Source: Escherichia coli (lineage in GTDB: Bacteria > Pseudomonadota > Gammaproteobacteria > Enterobacterales > Enterobacteriaceae). From it: a stretch of DNA of 64,000 nt. Position numbers and translations under genes: made by a program. Shown here in pieces: positions 62,343-64,000 of this stretch (position 1 is the stretch's first letter; each line of letters starts with the position of its first letter). Where the stretch lies: assembly GCF_048403405.1 (NCBI RefSeq), contig NZ_CP183129.1, one strand, 5' to 3'. The notes under the pieces were generated by a model. The model was given only the letters and a program-made list of their open reading frames with translations. It searched no databases and was not told the DNA's origin.

Positions 62343-63365
62343 TTAAACCTCTGTAGAGCGGTTTCCGCTGGGTGAGTTATGCCTGTTGAAAAAATCAACG
62401 ATGGCGTGGAGCGCGACTGAGCGCATTGCGTCCTTTTCAAAAAGGATCTCATGGTACGCACCTTTAATTACCAACGGCCGTCCACCTTCGACAGGATGGC
62501 CCGCGGCGGTGCGGAGTTCACAAAAACGGTCGTGCATGCGGTTATCCACCACGCGTTCCTCTTCAGCTTGTAAGAGAAGCGTTGGCGTGGCGTCATCACC
62601 CGCACCGGCTAACACCTGTTCGCCAGCCAGAATACTTTCGCGTACCCAATGGTAGGTCGGCCCACCGACGCGAATCGTTGGGTCATCAGCATAGAAGCGT
62701 AAGTTACGTCGATATCGCTGTCTGCTGTGGGTCAGTACGTTGATAGCAAACGGCAACGCGCGCCAGCGCCCGGTGCCTATTGCATAGCCATCGCGGAAAC
62801 GTGGATGCGCTTCGGCCCAGTTGAGGATCTGCCGTGCCATAAATGACGGCATACGAATCACGATCCCAAACATTGGCGCAGTTAGCGCAATGGCGTCACA
62901 TACACCTGGATGGCGTTGCAGAAATAATGTGGAGATCGCACCGCCCATCGAGTGCGCCAGTATATAGCGTTTACGCCACGGACCGGGCTGAACCTCCTGT
63001 TGCCAGAATGCCGCCAGATCATCAACATAATCATTAAAGCGATTAACATGCCCGAGATGCGGATCGGCTAACAGGCGACCGGAACGTCCCTGCCCGCGAT
63101 GGTCGATGATTAAGACATCAAACCCTAAATGGAACAGGTCGTAAGCCAGTTCCGCATATTTTACGTAGCTCTCAATACGCCCCGGGCAGATGACTACCAC
63201 CCGGTCATGGTGCTGCGCGCGAAAACGGACAAAGCGCACCGGAATGTCATCCACACCAGTAAATTCTGCTTCATCACGCTGACGCCAGAAATCAGTCAGC
63301 GGTCCCATGGTAAAAGCAGCAAACGCGTTTTCTCTTGTTTCCCAGTCTTTTTGCTGCTGAAACAT
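62343..63365 (-). CDS. pldB: lysophospholipase L2
   Basis: 340 aa MFQQQKDWETRENAFAAFTMGPLTDFWRQRDEAEF...; lipase motif AHSMGG. Confidence 0.93.
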   Translation of the reverse strand: MFQQQKDWETRENAFAAFTMGPLTDFWRQRDEAEFTGVDDIPVRFVRFRAQHHDRVVVICPGRIESYVKYAELAYDLFHLGFDVLIIDHRGQGRSGRLLADPHLGHVNRFNDYVDDLAAFWQQEVQPGPWRKRYILAHSMGGAISTLFLQRHPGVCDAIALTAPMFGIVIRMPSFMARQILNWAEAHPRFRDGYAIGTGRWRALPFAINVLTHSRQRYRRNLRFYADDPTIRVGGPTYHWVRESILAGEQVLAGAGDDATPTLLLQAEEERVVDNRMHDRFCELRTAAGHPVEGGRPLVIKGAYHEILFEKDAMRSVALHAIVDFFNRHNSPSGNRSTEV

Positions 63366-63475
63366 CGGGTAATCTGCCTCTTAAACCACGTAAAATCGTT
63401 TTTTTAAGCGTGCCTGACACAACGCTGCGACAGTAGCGTATTGTGGCACAAAAATAGACACACCGGGAGTTCATC

Positions 63476-64000
63476 ATGACCTTAGAATGGTGGTTTGCCT
63501 ACCTGCTGACATCGATCATTTTAAGCCTGTCGCCAGGCTCTGGCGCAATCAACACCATGACCACCTCGCTCAACCACGGTTATCGCGGCGCGGTGGCGTC
63601 TATTGCTGGGCTTCAGACCGGACTGGCGATTCATATTGTGCTGGTTGGCGTGGGTTTGGGGACGCTATTTTCCCGCTCAGTGATTGCGTTTGAAGTGTTG
63701 AAGTGGGCAGGCGCAGCTTACTTGATTTGGCTGGGAATACAGCAATGGCGCGCCGCTGGTGCAATTGACCTTAAATCGCTAGCCTCTACTCAATCGCGCC
63801 GACATTTGTTCCAGCGCGCAGTGTTTGTGAATCTTACCAATCCCAAAAGTATTGTGTTTCTGGCAGCGCTATTTCCGCAATTCATCATGCCGCAACAGCC
63901 GCAGCTGATGCAGTATATCGTGCTCGGCGTCACCACTATTGTGGTCGATATTATTGTGATGATCGGTTACGCCACCCTTGCTCAACGGATTGCTCTATGG
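63476..64000 (+). CDS. rhtB: homoserine/homoserine-lactone efflux protein RhtB (LysE family), 5' part; continues past the window end
   Basis: ATG at 63476 opens a frame with no stop to position 64000: [53 protein letters not shown]...; not in the ORF track because no stop lies inside the window. Confidence 0.9.

Overview
This window is an Escherichia coli-type chromosomal segment, reverse-complemented relative to the usual K-12 orientation. Gene order is typA (partial), glnA-glnL-glnG, yshB, hemN, yihI, csrC, engB, spf, polA, yihG, yihF, dsbA, srkA, yihD, mobA-mobB, a complete rrnA-type rRNA operon on the minus strand (16S, tRNA-Ile, tRNA-Ala, 23S, 5S), hemG, trkH, yigZ, pepQ, fadB-fadA, fre, ubiD, rfaH, tatD-C-B-A, ubiB, ubiJ, ubiE, rmuC, udp, ysgA, then metE, metR, yigM, yigL, pldB and rhtB (partial). 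The core is ordinary. The interesting part is a ~14 kb insertion (about 43.3-57.3 kb) between ysgA and metE, which from memory are adjacent in K-12. It carries two uncharacterised catabolic modules. Module A is an eight-gene plus-strand operon: isochorismatase-family amidohydrolase, DUF2877-like protein, FdrA-like protein, DUF1116-like protein, carbamate kinase, small GGCT-like protein, CodB-like NCS1 permease and a LysR regulator. I read it as a candidate ATP-yielding carbamoyl-compound degradation system with unknown substrate. Module B is an RpiR regulator convergent with a minus-strand operon encoding a SIS-domain isomerase, a glucose-family PTS EIICB and a third transketolase paralogue, with a consensus CRP site upstream. 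No integrase, transposase, CRISPR array or prophage genes were seen. All calls rest on reading the sequence and recalled protein families; no database search or computation was run.
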